DNA from: a virus
Taxonomy: Duplodnaviria; Caudoviricetes
Direction: 5' to 3' (one strand)
IMG/VR virus record: IMGVR_UViG_3300027571_000050
Location: 1 to 29,141 of that record
Length of the DNA stretch: 29,141 bases
Below the pieces are notes generated by a model, which was given only the letters and a program-made list of their open reading frames with translations, ran no database searches and was not told the origin of the DNA. Numbering within the stretch: position 1 is the stretch's first letter; every line of letters begins with the position of its first letter. A program made the translations under genes and the position numbers. Positions 1 through 8,557 of this stretch are shown here, one piece after another.

Positions 1-14
1 CCCATTATCTCTCA

Positions 15-563
15 TTAAATTGATTCGCCCCACACCGGAATGAATCTGCCGTCTTCTGTTCTTGTATAAGTCAGTATACCATCACCCATACGTCTTGTCA
101 ACTCTTGAGTTGAAGGAGTTATATTATTAGTTATTAACTTATCTCCACGGGGTCTTCCCATAGAGTAGGATGCTAGTATATCACGAATTTCTCTAACCTG
201 CGACTCAGAATAATAACTTCTTACTTGCCAACCAGTTTCTCCGCCTTTTTGAGATCCAGTTGGATGAGGAATCTCTCCACGCTTCATAAGACTGGGCATA
301 TACTTCTTATGCCTATTTACGAGGTCTGCTGTTTCCCCCACAGTGTAAGCTCTTTCACGATTTCTTTTAAAGTCACTAATAAGACAGCTTTCAATCTGGT
401 CTTTGATTATGTTGTATACAGACATAATGCCATTAGCACGGTTTATGTGGTGTGATCTTACTAAGTCTCCGTTTAAGAACCATACCTTTTTGTTACCAGG
501 AATTATTGGGGCTTCATTATATTCTTCACGAGTTCTATAACCACGCTTTGGATTTGGTGCCAT
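15..563 (-). CDS. Helix-turn-helix DNA-binding protein (MerR/BldC/excisionase-like HTH)
   Basis: 182-aa ORF. The segment AYTVGETADLVNRHKKYMPSLMKRGEIPHP...RSYYSESQVREIR fits the MerR/HTH_17 pattern (YTxxExAxxxxxxxxxxxxxxxxGxI...RxYxxxxV). Confidence 0.65.
   Translation of the reverse strand: MAPNPKRGYRTREEYNEAPIIPGNKKVWFLNGDLVRSHHINRANGIMSVYNIIKDQIESCLISDFKRNRERAYTVGETADLVNRHKKYMPSLMKRGEIPHPTGSQKGGETGWQVRSYYSESQVREIRDILASYSMGRPRGDKLITNNITPSTQELTRRMGDGILTYTRTEDGRFIPVWGESI
73..81 (-). promoter_or_regulatory. Possible internal extended -10 promoter TGGTATACT for the next gene beyond the window edge
   Basis: Exact copy of the intergenic motif at 17348-17356 and 26122-26130, about 58 nt before the end of the HTH gene. 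It lies in coding sequence (D-G-I-L codons), so it may be chance. Confidence 0.35.
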
Positions 564-572
564 GGCGTATTC

Positions 573-1019
573 CTATAGCTTTGTTGGTACGCCTATGATA
601 ATCAAGTTTACTGCCAAAGACAAGTCTCCAGCAGTGTTGTATCTGACCACACCAGTTACGCTAGATGTGGTGGTTGACTTGATAATGACCGAAACATCTT
701 TACCAGCTGCTGTGTTTCCAACGTTTACTGGTGTTGCAGTTACAATTGGGGCATACTTAAAATCTTCAAAGTTGTAAGAGAACTCCTGCTCATTACCAGC
801 ACTTACTGTACTGCTTGTAGCTACTTCTACATAGCCCCCAATAACCTTACCCTCGGCAGTCTTCACGCTCTGCCTTCCAGCAGTTGGGGTATCAATAGTC
901 AGATAGTTGTATGAGTTAGTTGACATCTCATCAGATAGATCATTTACTGCCGAAGCTAGCTGATATATGTATGATAGGTCTAGTGGTTGACCACGCTCAG
1001 GTACTGGAATTCTTGCCAT
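573..1019 (-). CDS. Minor tail/structural protein with C-terminal H-type-lectin-like beta domain
   Basis: 148 aa. An N-terminal helix is followed by FSYNFEDFKYAPIVTATP...VIIKSTTTSSVTGVV...VNLIIIG, resembling the F..F...P.V...T...F....W.AIG pattern of H-type lectin/gp53-like fibre domains. It sits at the end of the tail module. Confidence 0.5.
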   Translation of the reverse strand: MARIPVPERGQPLDLSYIYQLASAVNDLSDEMSTNSYNYLTIDTPTAGRQSVKTAEGKVIGGYVEVATSSTVSAGNEQEFSYNFEDFKYAPIVTATPVNVGNTAAGKDVSVIIKSTTTSSVTGVVRYNTAGDLSLAVNLIIIGVPTKL

Positions 1020-1029
1020 AGTAAGATCA

Positions 1030-1038
1030 ATTATACCA
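1030..1038 (-). promoter_or_regulatory. Extended -10 promoter TGGTATAAT, near-leaderless
   Basis: Minus strand reads TAG-TTA-TGGTATAAT-TGATCTTACT-ATG. The consensus occupies a 22-nt intergenic gap, 10 nt before the ATG, with no SD. Confidence 0.7.
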
Positions 1039-1041
1039 TAA

Positions 1042-1767
1042 CTAGATCTCTAAAACACTTGATTTGGCAAAAACAATTTCTGGCCAATACTTACGTGGGT
1101 ATGTTCTTGTTTGAATTGAAACAGAGACTCTTGTATATCCGACGTTTGGTATAGGCATTGAGAAAAAGTTTCCAGATACAGTTGCCTGATATGTATAACT
1201 GCCCACGCCCTCGTTTACATCTACTTGAGTAACCCCAGCACCCCAAGCAACGTAGACGTCAAAGTCTTGTAGCGTGGAATTAGCTGGCACATCCCATGTT
1301 GCAGATAATGTTCCGTTTGCTGCCTGAACGAATATGCCTTCATCATCTACAGATGCCCTAGATACTGGCGATAGCACATGCTGTGGTGACCAGTGTGAAA
1401 GCCTGTTTCTGTCTTCAGAGACAATTCTATACCTTACAATGTAGTTTCCATAAGTTGCAGTTACTTCACCGCCAGAAACATAAGTGCTTGATGTTGATGG
1501 CCCCAGTATTTGAAATGTATTTGTTGTAGGTGTGGAGTACACAATGACGTTAGTTGCATTAAAGATTTCTGGGTCTATGCCAGATATTTCTATGGCATCC
1601 CCTGCAGACAACCCATGATTCTGAGAAGACGTATACTCGTAAACCCTGGCACCAGTTTCAAGGTTTGGCTTGCTAACTGCTGATGTCAGGGAGAATGAGT
1701 TGCCAGTTGGAACGGTCACTGGTGGCAGAGTTCCTTTTGCTATCCTAACCTTTTTAATAGTTGCCAT
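1042..1767 (-). CDS. Minor tail protein with inserted FCCH-like beta domain and Fn3/Ig-like C-terminus
   Basis: 241 aa. Contains the motif YTSSQNHGLSAGDAIEISG...FN...TFQI, then YIVRYRIVSEDRNRLSHWSP, then an Fn3-like segment LSATWDVP...FDVYVAW. TAATG-coupled to the upstream gene. Confidence 0.55.
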   Translation of the reverse strand: MATIKKVRIAKGTLPPVTVPTGNSFSLTSAVSKPNLETGARVYEYTSSQNHGLSAGDAIEISGIDPEIFNATNVIVYSTPTTNTFQILGPSTSSTYVSGGEVTATYGNYIVRYRIVSEDRNRLSHWSPQHVLSPVSRASVDDEGIFVQAANGTLSATWDVPANSTLQDFDVYVAWGAGVTQVDVNEGVGSYTYQATVSGNFFSMPIPNVGYTRVSVSIQTRTYPRKYWPEIVFAKSSVLEI

Positions 1768-2894
1768 TACAGAACATCCATTGCAAATCTAAATTCTACT
1801 AAGTTAGCGGTGTTTGAGTCTTTTACAATCGGCAGTGCGTTTGAAGTCTTTACCACCGAATATCCTGTAAGACCGTATAGGGCATTGATTGTATTTGTGT
1901 TCTCAAATCTTGCAGCATCTATTGCTACATAGAAATTTGGATCTGGATCTCCTGCGGAATCAAGCACTGATACATATACCTTTATGATCGAGATTGATCC
2001 CCAGCTAAACTCAGCACTCTTTACTAAATCCTGTAGAGTTGAACTCTTTACAATATATCGATTACTTGTTAGGTCACTAGCAAAAATCTCTGACTGCAAC
2101 ATTGCATACTGCCTTGCATCGGTGTTGGCGTCTTCTGAGGTAAACTCCAAGATCACACGAACGGTATCTGGTGTTGATGTATCATTAAGCTTGTTCATTA
2201 CAGAGAATGCCAGTCTAATTTCATCATTAGCTGAATTTTTATCTAAGTTAATTGAGGTGCCTGTCAGGTGAATATGTGGGGTGTTTGTTGCTGGCACTAA
2301 CTCGTCACCTACCTTAGATATCTCAGACATGTCTCCCCGAATAACAACCATGTTATTTAGGAATCGACATCTTTCGTTCCTGCTTATCCTAGAAGCATTG
2401 TTTTCAAATAAAGAATTGTCAGCATTAACGAAGAAAGCAACGCTTCCTCCATCCACGATCTCGCCCTGGGTAGCTTCATCGTTATTATCTAGTGGCCTAT
2501 CAATAGTAGGTATAGCTGTTGCTGATCCAAGAACATGGTATTCCCAGTTCTCTGTTTGGGCAAATGAATAAAGAACTCTACTATCATTAGCACCAGCTGA
2601 GGGGTTTGCTCCTGCTGAATAGACTCCTACTTCTGTTATCTCGTAGCGTTCTTCCGTAGGCACCTCGGCAGTTAAAACAATTTCTGTCACACCATTTTCG
2701 GTTACATACCCTCTTGAAATTATTGGTGCTCTAAACATTTCAAAGTCTAAGGACTTTTTTGCAGAGTAGTCTAGCCCACTTGCGGTCGATAGCTGAGCTG
2801 ATGGACCACAGCCTGCGGCAATGTAAGAGGCATAAGCTGGTGCTTGGCCAATCAAATATTTTGATAAAATGTTTTTTCCAGTTGTAGTAATCAT
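1767..2894 (-). CDS. Minor tail protein (tail-tip/fibre attachment; possible carbohydrate-binding jelly-roll insertion)
   Basis: 375 aa. The N-terminus MITTTGKNILSKYL...YIAAGCG...EMFR...ITEVGVY resembles tail-collar/fibre-base N-termini. The centre is beta-rich, and the position fits a tail-tip gene. Confidence 0.55.
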   Translation of the reverse strand: MITTTGKNILSKYLIGQAPAYASYIAAGCGPSAQLSTASGLDYSAKKSLDFEMFRAPIISRGYVTENGVTEIVLTAEVPTEERYEITEVGVYSAGANPSAGANDSRVLYSFAQTENWEYHVLGSATAIPTIDRPLDNNDEATQGEIVDGGSVAFFVNADNSLFENNASRISRNERCRFLNNMVVIRGDMSEISKVGDELVPATNTPHIHLTGTSINLDKNSANDEIRLAFSVMNKLNDTSTPDTVRVILEFTSEDANTDARQYAMLQSEIFASDLTSNRYIVKSSTLQDLVKSAEFSWGSISIIKVYVSVLDSAGDPDPNFYVAIDAARFENTNTINALYGLTGYSVVKTSNALPIVKDSNTANLVEFRFAMDVL

Positions 2895-2902
2895 ATTAGT
2901 CC

Positions 2903-3376
2903 TTAATATATTGTATCATTTAAAATGTCTCCAGATGTCAGAACCTGGACTTCTACTCTTTCATCTGCTTCCATGTTTATTAGATTAATGATAAGATCTC
3001 CAGTCCCCTCTTCGATATATATTACATTCTGAGTGTCTCCCTCTGGAATCTTGCTCTCGAGCTTGATAGGGAAGCTGTTAAAGTACGTAGTGCTTGGGTT
3101 TTGCAAGGATAAAAGATTTTGAGGAGAGTACTGAATTGCTATTGCAGATAAATTTTTAATTGGCCTATAGGCAACTGTTTGACCATTAACCATATCATGT
3201 CTTGCTATGTTGATTAGCTCTTGACCAGCTACCGACTCAAAAAGCAGGTCCTCTATAATTCCAACATCCTCCACCCTATCATTTACGAATAGATCTGGTG
3301 TTGCTGCCTTTATGCCTGAACTTGAAGAGCCTAAAGATGAGACTGGTACTGGAATATTTGGAGTTGGCTGAATCAT
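2903..3376 (-). CDS. Hypothetical minor tail protein
   Basis: 157-aa acidic ORF, TAATG-coupled with SD GAGGT, inside the tail-tip cluster. Confidence 0.55.
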   Translation of the reverse strand: MIQPTPNIPVPVSSLGSSSSGIKAATPDLFVNDRVEDVGIIEDLLFESVAGQELINIARHDMVNGQTVAYRPIKNLSAIAIQYSPQNLLSLQNPSTTYFNSFPIKLESKIPEGDTQNVIYIEEGTGDLIINLINMEADERVEVQVLTSGDILNDTIY

Positions 3377-6300
3377 TATAGTACCTCACTTAAGTATAGG
3401 GTCATTGACGTAGCTCCATCGGCCCTGTCATAAGCTATATTATACACTACAAACCTTGACCCTTCTGGTCCTACTATGCTGGTGCCCTGGTCATCTTTGT
3501 AATTTATGCTTACAATATCACCTAGTTGAATTGCAGGATTTGGAAATATTCTAACGCCAACAGACTTTCTTGGCTTTGTAACCTTGCCTAGCATCCAAGA
3601 CATTAGTTCAAATGCGTCGTCTTCAGACTGAACATATTTAGCGTCGAGAGAAAACTCTCTATTGCCGTAAGTCAGCCTGCTCAACTTTATGTCCTGGTAA
3701 TACTCCTTTGCCTTTTGGGGTGAGTCTACCAATGGGTCTGCAACAAACTCGTATTCTGAAAAGTCGCTCTTCCTAGAGAAGTAATCGTTCACTGTCAGGT
3801 CGGTTGATGATGACTGAGTTATGGTTACCCCGTGAATTGCAAGGTTTGCACCGTCTTCATTGAGAACCAATGCAGAGTCTGTGGCATTAAACACCAAGAA
3901 CTCTGCCCCATAAGCTCCTCCCATAAAGCCAGAAACTACTAAGTTCTTAACTTTAGAAACATTATGAACAAGCTTAGAGTACAATGCGGGGTATGCTTTA
4001 TCATACTTAATGTTATAGTAGGCAGCCTCTCGGAATATAGTACCAAACTCATCGTAGTATATGTTATACTTTGGGGGCTCAGCTGCACTGATGCCTCCTA
4101 GATAAGCCGACTGCACAAATCCGCTAATAGCATACTTCTTTAAAGAGTCGCTTGCAGTAATCTGCTTACTAAATACTGACTTTACTGGAGTGTCCAAGAC
4201 AAAAGAAGTGTTTTGAGCATAGTTTGTGCCTAGTGCATATATGTTCTCAAACATACACCTAGCAGATCCTCTCACAAACAATGCCATATTGTTATAAACT
4301 GGAAGTGGATCTGTGTCGTCAACAACAGCTACGACTCTATTATTTATATAGAGGTAGAACCTCCTGGTACTTCCGATGTTTTCATATTCTACTGCTAAAT
4401 CATATACGGTGGTTACTTCATCGTCTACTCGTCTGCTCAAGCCGACCATGGTTCCATCGTCTGTAATTATTCCGGCTGAATTCTGACCCCAAAGCTTTAC
4501 TGGAACTGCCGACTCGTCTTTAAGTAGAGTCCACGGCGTTGTCTCTGACCCAGCAAAGGTAACTCTATAGTATCCATTTTCTAAGCTATTGGATTGTGCG
4601 GAAAGAAGAAGCCTATCTCCAACCTGCAATTGGTTGCCTGACCATGAAATAGCTCCATTTGAAGATGACCTTAGAACATTTGATGACAAGGTTCCATCTA
4701 GATTTGAGTCTATTAAATAGTCGTAGGATTCATTTTTTGCTAGCTTATAAAATATAACGTTGTCAACGTCATAGTTCTGATCTGTTAGGGCTGCTATTTC
4801 AAAAAAGTATCCATTATTAGTGATTGGGTTTAGCAATACGCCGAGTCCTCCAGAAGATGCACCTATAGTGATACTCTTTTCTGGAGAAGATCCATCTACA
4901 GTGTAATATGTCGAACTACCCGATGGACTCTGAACTCTATTTGTATCATTAAGTATCTTACCGACTATCCTTAGTCTGGTTCCAAAGTGACTGTAGCTTT
5001 CTCCAAGATCTTTTGGAATATAAGATATAAAGTCTGTGGACGTTTCGCTACTCAAGAATGGCTTTCCAGTTATAACCAATGCTGAGGCTTGTACTGTAGC
5101 AGACGCTGTTGACAGTATCTTTGCCTGCTCTCCCTCTGGCTGATTGTCTAGGGCCAGGTAGTTTTTTATCAGGCTGGTTGCCGAAGTTCTCTTGGCTTCA
5201 GCGTTGCTTAGCTTTCCAGAGCTAGTAGACAATCCAACTGGTCCTGCAACTAATGACATGTCTGCTATTGGTGAGGAGTCAGAGAATAGGTATTTTGAGT
5301 TCATTGAGCATCCATACATATTACCTGAGTTTGTCCAGTATGGATCCAACCCAGCATAGTGCTCTACAATATCTGTACCGAATTGTCCACGACCGTGCTT
5401 GGAGACTGCTCCATTTGAAAGCCTAGTGACTCCGTTAATGACTTCATAGTTAGGCTCTGAGTAAATCCTAATTAATCCAGTTGGGTATATTTTGCCATTA
5501 AAGGGTATTTGTGAAAAATACTTTTCGTACTCTTGCGAGCTGCTTATCCAAACATTTGGGCCACCGTTGGCTACCGACAGACCAGATACTGTATACTGTA
5601 CAGCGTCATATTTTATGATCTCTCCGTTTGCATAGAAGTATCCCTTATACCTTGATATGTAGTAAACTCCCTCTCCTAAATCAACGGTGTTGTTTATTAG
5701 CTGATTGCCGACTACCGTTGGAACATTGCTAGAAAGAGTAGAGTTGATGGGTATTGCGGCCAGTGCATCCTGAGTAGTATCCGATGAGCCATTACGTGTT
5801 TTCAATACTGGTATTGAAGCCCCCTCCCAGAGTATAACTGGTCGGTAAATCCAAGACTTATATCTGTCGGTACTTCCTGCTTGCTCAGTTCCAGAGTACT
5901 GTCGCTGTATATATCTAGTAGAGTATACGACCTTGCCATTGTTATAAACAAGATTTTCCTGCGAGCTTATCTCTGCTATATTTGCTAGAACCTCTGAAGT
6001 CTTAGCATTTTGGTAGGCACCATCTTTTGAAAAGTCTTTTGATCCATAAAGAATAATGTCAGTATCTCGATCTTCTTCCGATGGCATGATATAATTTTTG
6101 CTCATAACGATAAAGTTGTTGTGCTCATCAAAGAACATTGCATATTGGGTTGAGACTGCAAGGTCGCTTAGGACTTCTGCTACCGTTCGGTTTGGCTCTA
6201 CGTAGAAGTATGGAATGATAGGGTCAGAATCTGAGGCCAGCCTAATAAAAGAGTAATTGGAAAACCCAATGTTGTCTAGCAACGTCGATATTGCATAGCT

Positions 6301-7902
6301 AAGAGATACGCTAGTTATTAGTAGTTCTGGTGCTGTGATTGACTCGAAGTAGAAAAACATATCTCTTAGTTCTAAAGAAACAGACCTGACCGAGTTTTCG
6401 TACTCTGGGAATCCGTCAAAATACATTGTCTTGATTGGCACGTAGTAGTCGTATGAGTCTACGTCTTTTATGATCTCATGGAACTTTACCTGTAAATTTT
6501 GAGATGTATGTGCTGCAATTATGCTGTTTGTGTTTGTAGAAATAAATGCATTGTCGTAGTCAAAGATGTCTAGTGTTCCAGTTGCTGCTAGAAGCTGTCC
6601 GACTGGCATTCCGCTTACACCAAGATCAGATGCTGTTCTATTTACGGAGTAAGAAGAAACCCTGTCTGATATATTTGCTGCAAGTCTTGGAGACATTTCT
6701 ATTAAGTCAAATGTTGCGTCTTGCTTGTTCATCGTTTCAACGACTACCCTGATACCCTGAAGATACTGAAACTCTCTATACTTAATCTTGTTGTCTACAT
6801 TTTGAATAAATTGTGGTGGGTTCACAAATTCTGTTACATAAGGTGTTCTATTGTCTACAGACTCATCCGATAAGATCCAACCATATGAGGGCTCGAACGA
6901 TTGATACTCTGCTCCATCCCAGACGTAGTAGGTTCCATTATCTAGTTCCGATGTCTTAACCAGGTAAGCGGCACCAATAAAGTTGTTGTCTGGCAAAAGA
7001 CCAACAGAGGTAATGGTGTTTGCAAAGTAAAAGTTATTCTTAAACTCTTCTGGCACTTGTAGGCCATAGGAAATCTCCACATATCCGTCTTCACCGACAA
7101 CTGGTTGGCCGTCTAGTCTTACAGAGTTCTCGTCAAATCTGATTGCGTCATTCCAAACACCGTCTTCTAGGTATTGAATTGACCACCTCAGAGGTGTCGT
7201 TTTGTTCTCTTCTCCAAATAGTGGGTCGTCAAAGTTTTGGTAGCTGTTTGAAAATGGACCCAGGTCCACAGTACCAACGTTAGTTTGCATTTTTACAATA
7301 ATTCTATTTGCTGGAACTTGGCTCTTATAAACTACGTATGGTGAGGCATCATCTATATAGTGATTTCCGTTTACGGTTGTTGACGCTATACCCCGCTCTA
7401 CAGATATTCCAGACTCGTCTACCTCTGTCCTGTAAGATGTCCAGTACTTAAACTTATCTTCTTTGTGCGACATGTAGTATCTCGGCCTAGAAGACATGCT
7501 CTGATTAACATGGTGAGTAAACTTGTCATTAAAGTACCTGACTTTATTAATACCAGACCTTGGTCTAAATCTTCCTAAACAATCTTCTAAGGAGTATAGC
7601 AGCTGCTCTTTTTCTTTTGACGAAGCAAACACAATAGGAATATCTGAATCGTCGAATCCTCCGTCGACAGAGATATCGGAGTATGTAGCGTCTGTATAGT
7701 AGTTTCCTGCGTCGTTGAGGTCAAACGAGGATGCTGGGTTACGATAAATAGAACCAACATCGCTTGTTGGCCTGTACCTATAATTGCCAATACGATCTAT
7801 ATTGGTAGCAACATTCATGTTCCATTCCAAAACAACCAAAGACTGATTAGTTATGGTGGAAGATGTCTCTAAGTGTTCTTTAAGAATGTCGTTCTGAAAC
7901 AT
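3376..7902 (-). CDS. Large tail-tip protein (baseplate hub/Tal/central-fibre-like)
   Basis: 1508 aa, second gene after the tape measure. Hub-like motifs: TVAEVLSDLAVSTQYAMFFDEHNNFIV, and C-terminal VRIFPNPAIQLGDIVSI...FVVYNIAY...MTLYLSEV. A LamG-like segment (YDLAVEY...FYLYINNRVVAVVDD) is also present. Confidence 0.7.
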   Translation of the reverse strand: MFQNDILKEHLETSSTITNQSLVVLEWNMNVATNIDRIGNYRYRPTSDVGSIYRNPASSFDLNDAGNYYTDATYSDISVDGGFDDSDIPIVFASSKEKEQLLYSLEDCLGRFRPRSGINKVRYFNDKFTHHVNQSMSSRPRYYMSHKEDKFKYWTSYRTEVDESGISVERGIASTTVNGNHYIDDASPYVVYKSQVPANRIIVKMQTNVGTVDLGPFSNSYQNFDDPLFGEENKTTPLRWSIQYLEDGVWNDAIRFDENSVRLDGQPVVGEDGYVEISYGLQVPEEFKNNFYFANTITSVGLLPDNNFIGAAYLVKTSELDNGTYYVWDGAEYQSFEPSYGWILSDESVDNRTPYVTEFVNPPQFIQNVDNKIKYREFQYLQGIRVVVETMNKQDATFDLIEMSPRLAANISDRVSSYSVNRTASDLGVSGMPVGQLLAATGTLDIFDYDNAFISTNTNSIIAAHTSQNLQVKFHEIIKDVDSYDYYVPIKTMYFDGFPEYENSVRSVSLELRDMFFYFESITAPELLITSVSLSYAISTLLDNIGFSNYSFIRLASDSDPIIPYFYVEPNRTVAEVLSDLAVSTQYAMFFDEHNNFIVMSKNYIMPSEEDRDTDIILYGSKDFSKDGAYQNAKTSEVLANIAEISSQENLVYNNGKVVYSTRYIQRQYSGTEQAGSTDRYKSWIYRPVILWEGASIPVLKTRNGSSDTTQDALAAIPINSTLSSNVPTVVGNQLINNTVDLGEGVYYISRYKGYFYANGEIIKYDAVQYTVSGLSVANGGPNVWISSSQEYEKYFSQIPFNGKIYPTGLIRIYSEPNYEVINGVTRLSNGAVSKHGRGQFGTDIVEHYAGLDPYWTNSGNMYGCSMNSKYLFSDSSPIADMSLVAGPVGLSTSSGKLSNAEAKRTSATSLIKNYLALDNQPEGEQAKILSTASATVQASALVITGKPFLSSETSTDFISYIPKDLGESYSHFGTRLRIVGKILNDTNRVQSPSGSSTYYTVDGSSPEKSITIGASSGGLGVLLNPITNNGYFFEIAALTDQNYDVDNVIFYKLAKNESYDYLIDSNLDGTLSSNVLRSSSNGAISWSGNQLQVGDRLLLSAQSNSLENGYYRVTFAGSETTPWTLLKDESAVPVKLWGQNSAGIITDDGTMVGLSRRVDDEVTTVYDLAVEYENIGSTRRFYLYINNRVVAVVDDTDPLPVYNNMALFVRGSARCMFENIYALGTNYAQNTSFVLDTPVKSVFSKQITASDSLKKYAISGFVQSAYLGGISAAEPPKYNIYYDEFGTIFREAAYYNIKYDKAYPALYSKLVHNVSKVKNLVVSGFMGGAYGAEFLVFNATDSALVLNEDGANLAIHGVTITQSSSTDLTVNDYFSRKSDFSEYEFVADPLVDSPQKAKEYYQDIKLSRLTYGNREFSLDAKYVQSEDDAFELMSWMLGKVTKPRKSVGVRIFPNPAIQLGDIVSINYKDDQGTSIVGPEGSRFVVYNIAYDRADGATSMTLYLSEVL

Positions 7903-7903
7903 A

Positions 7904-8557
7904 CTAAACCTCTTCTAGCGTTACAGATATATTCCAGAAGTCAAAGTTATTTGCGCCACGCTTTTCTACAGAGTAGGAGAAGTCAGAAAAGAACATCTCA
8001 ACTATCTGGTTATATTGACCTAGGTGTGCGTATGCCGAATCGTCATCTCCAAAAGATGAGTACTTGTCGTATGCAAGGTATACCCAGAAGGATCCGGAAT
8101 GATTTTCGTACCAATTAAGGATCTCGACACCACCAGCTCCGCCATCTGTAGTATACTCAAACTGATTATTACCATACATATCTGACCTTCCAGCTGTAGC
8201 AACGGGGTCTTGAGATGACTCTATGGCAAAATCTGGTCTAAGAGCATATGATCTAGATGGTAGCATGTCCCACGATGTAGAAATAGAAAGTTTGTCGGCC
8301 ACGTGAAAAGACCTCATTCTTCCATTAATCATTCTTTCACGATTCTCTATACGCTCTATATCAAAGTTGATGGGGCCACGGTTGTCGTCTGATAGGATTA
8401 TAAAATCGTCACTTAGCGTACCCGAATAGTCTGCACCCACTTCGTAACCCTGTGGTAGGTAAAGTCCGTTCTCCAATGTTCCTGGGTTATTTGCCCAAAG
8501 CATTGCCTGTGGCCTAGCATACTTAGTACGCCCTGACATGTAGTCTGATGTTGCCAT
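7904..8557 (-). CDS. Distal tail protein (Dit-like)
   Basis: 217 aa immediately after the tape measure gene. RERMINGRMRSFHVADKLSISTSWDMLP and a terminal WNISVTLEEV are typical of tube-fold distal tail proteins. Confidence 0.65.
   Translation of the reverse strand: MATSDYMSGRTKYARPQAMLWANNPGTLENGLYLPQGYEVGADYSGTLSDDFIILSDDNRGPINFDIERIENRERMINGRMRSFHVADKLSISTSWDMLPSRSYALRPDFAIESSQDPVATAGRSDMYGNNQFEYTTDGGAGGVEILNWYENHSGSFWVYLAYDKYSSFGDDDSAYAHLGQYNQIVEMFFSDFSYSVEKRGANNFDFWNISVTLEEV

Noticed and set aside
1-15. Start of a further minus-strand gene (ATG at 15 via TAATG overlap, or ATG at 5)
   Set aside because: Too little sequence to choose a start or call a product.
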